From: Malacoraja senta
Taxonomy: Eukaryota
DNA length: 64,000 nt
Direction of reading: 5' to 3'
NCBI GenBank assembly: GCA_038087875.1
Contig: CM075987.1
Coordinates: 25,856,001 to 25,920,000 of the forward strand
The translations under genes were made by a program, and so were the position numbers. Below, piece after piece: positions 62,339-64,000 of the stretch. The first letter of the stretch is position 1. Each line of letters begins with the position of its first letter. The notes under the pieces were generated by a model. The model ran no database searches and was not told the origin of the DNA. It worked only from the letters and a program-made list of their open reading frames with translations.

Positions 62339-64000
62339 GTTGAGGCTGGGACAATCCCAACATTTAAGACCCAATCCTTCTCTCCAGAGATCCTGCCTGT
62401 CCCACTCAGTTACTCCAGTATTTTGTGTCTACCAACATTTAAGAAACAGACAGGTACATGGATAGGACAGGTTTGGAGGGATATGGACCAAACGTGGCCA
62501 GGTGGGACTAGTGTAGCTGGGACATGTTGGCCGGTGTGGGCAAGTTGACTTGATGTCAACTCTTTTTCTCCCTCCAAACTTTTAGCAAGCCTTTACCACA
62601 ACCCCTTACGCCAATTAGTTGCTTACCGATTAGTAACCAAATGTTGATTGAAGCTCAAACCCATTTTGTTACAATTGGTAGACGTTTCTCTTACACCTTT
62701 CTTCTCCCCACTTGAATGAGAACACAAGGAAGTCACCTGATTTAAAAAAAAAATGACAGGAGCCCATGAGAAAGATTCATTAGTATTTTAGTTTTGTGTG
62801 GAGATACAGCAGGGAAAGAGGCCCTTCGGCCCACCGAGTCAACACCGGCCAGTGCACTAACACCACCCTACACACACGAGGGACAATTCTTTTTTTTTAC
62901 ACACTTATACCAAGCCATTTAACCTACAAACCTGTACGTCTTTGGAGTGTGGGAAGAAACTGAAGATCTCGGAGAAAATCCACGCGGTCACGGGGAGAAC
63001 GTGCAAACTCCGTACAGACAGCACCCGTAAGGCAGCAACTCTACCACTGCGCCACCGTGCCGCCCTTAGAAGGATGTGGCCAAGAACTCAGAGGACCAAC
63101 CATGGGGAAATATGTAAGACAAGGGTTCCACAACCTGGGGTAAACTTACCCCTAGGGGTAAATTTCACCTACCCAGGGGGTAAATTTGTTGATTCTGGAT
63201 ATGTACATATTTTTTTCTTATTGACTGACTGTGTTTGGTTCTGGTATACCGGCATCATTAGTTGTTCATAAATAAGTGAAATAACATTGTTATGTGCTAT
63301 TAAAGTGGCCAGTGGTAAACGGGACGAAAAAGGTTGGGAACCCCTGAGGTAAGACACACCAGGTAAATTAGGAAACAGGACTCACTTAACTGAAAAACCT
63401 GCAAAACGGGAGCGAAAAGAAAACTAAGGGATTACCCCAGTGTGAAATGTTAGAAAATAATGGACTGTGCTATTTTGGAATAGTTTAATAAATCTCAAAT
63501 ATCGCCATAAATGTAATGAACGGATGGTGTTTGAGTCTGTTGGACATATGATAGAGGCCAAGATATCCAGTTTCTTCCCATATTCCGAAGACGTGGAAGT
63601 TGGTAGGTTAATTGACCTCTGTAAATTGTCCTTTGTGTGTAGGATAGAACTGGTGACGGCAAGTTGCCAACTTTGGGTAAATTTATCTCAATTACATCGC
63701 AGTAGAGATTGGTGGATGTTTGCCGAGTGTTTGATTCTGGGGCCCTCGACTGTCAAAACTGTTCAAACTTCATCCCGGCCCAGGACTGATGCCCTCTGGT
63801 AAATGCAGAAGGACAGCAAGAGGGGGGAGTTTAGTATTACTTTCGGTTAGTTTGGAGATACAGCGTGGAAACAGGCACTTCGGCCCACGCCGACCAGCAA
63901 TCACCCCGTTTACTAGTTCTATCCATGTAGGAAGGAACTGCAGATGCTGGTTTAAACCGAAGATAGATACAAAAAGCTGGAGTAACTCAGCGGGTCAGGC
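62339..64000 (+). repeat. near-identical duplicate of 11685-13383
   Basis: Colinear, including unique sequence; a handful of substitutions and one deletion of about 37 bp. Confidence 0.97.

Overview
This is eukaryotic, repeat-dense, non-coding DNA, most likely from a cartilaginous fish (skate/ray-like, inferred from the HE1/V-SINE and HER1/CR1 repeats). No host gene could be supported. It contains dozens of tRNA-derived V-SINEs, CR1 LINE 3' fragments, Penelope PLTR fragments with hammerhead-like cores, Rex1-, Tx1- and L1-like tails, PIF/Harbinger and hAT MITEs, and a Gypsy-type LTR with a tRNA-Trp PBS. Two near full-length but decayed DIRS1-type tyrosine-recombinase retrotransposons lie head-to-head (38873-43707 minus, 50724-55512 plus). 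The most striking signal is a 141-bp TSD-flanked retroposon (19670-19810, minus) whose 5' end is a 54-nt minimal HDV-like ribozyme fold; a second HDV-like candidate heads an RTE-derived element (33767-33909). Several templated inverted duplications are present, and the sequence after a 200-N gap nearly duplicates 11685-13383.
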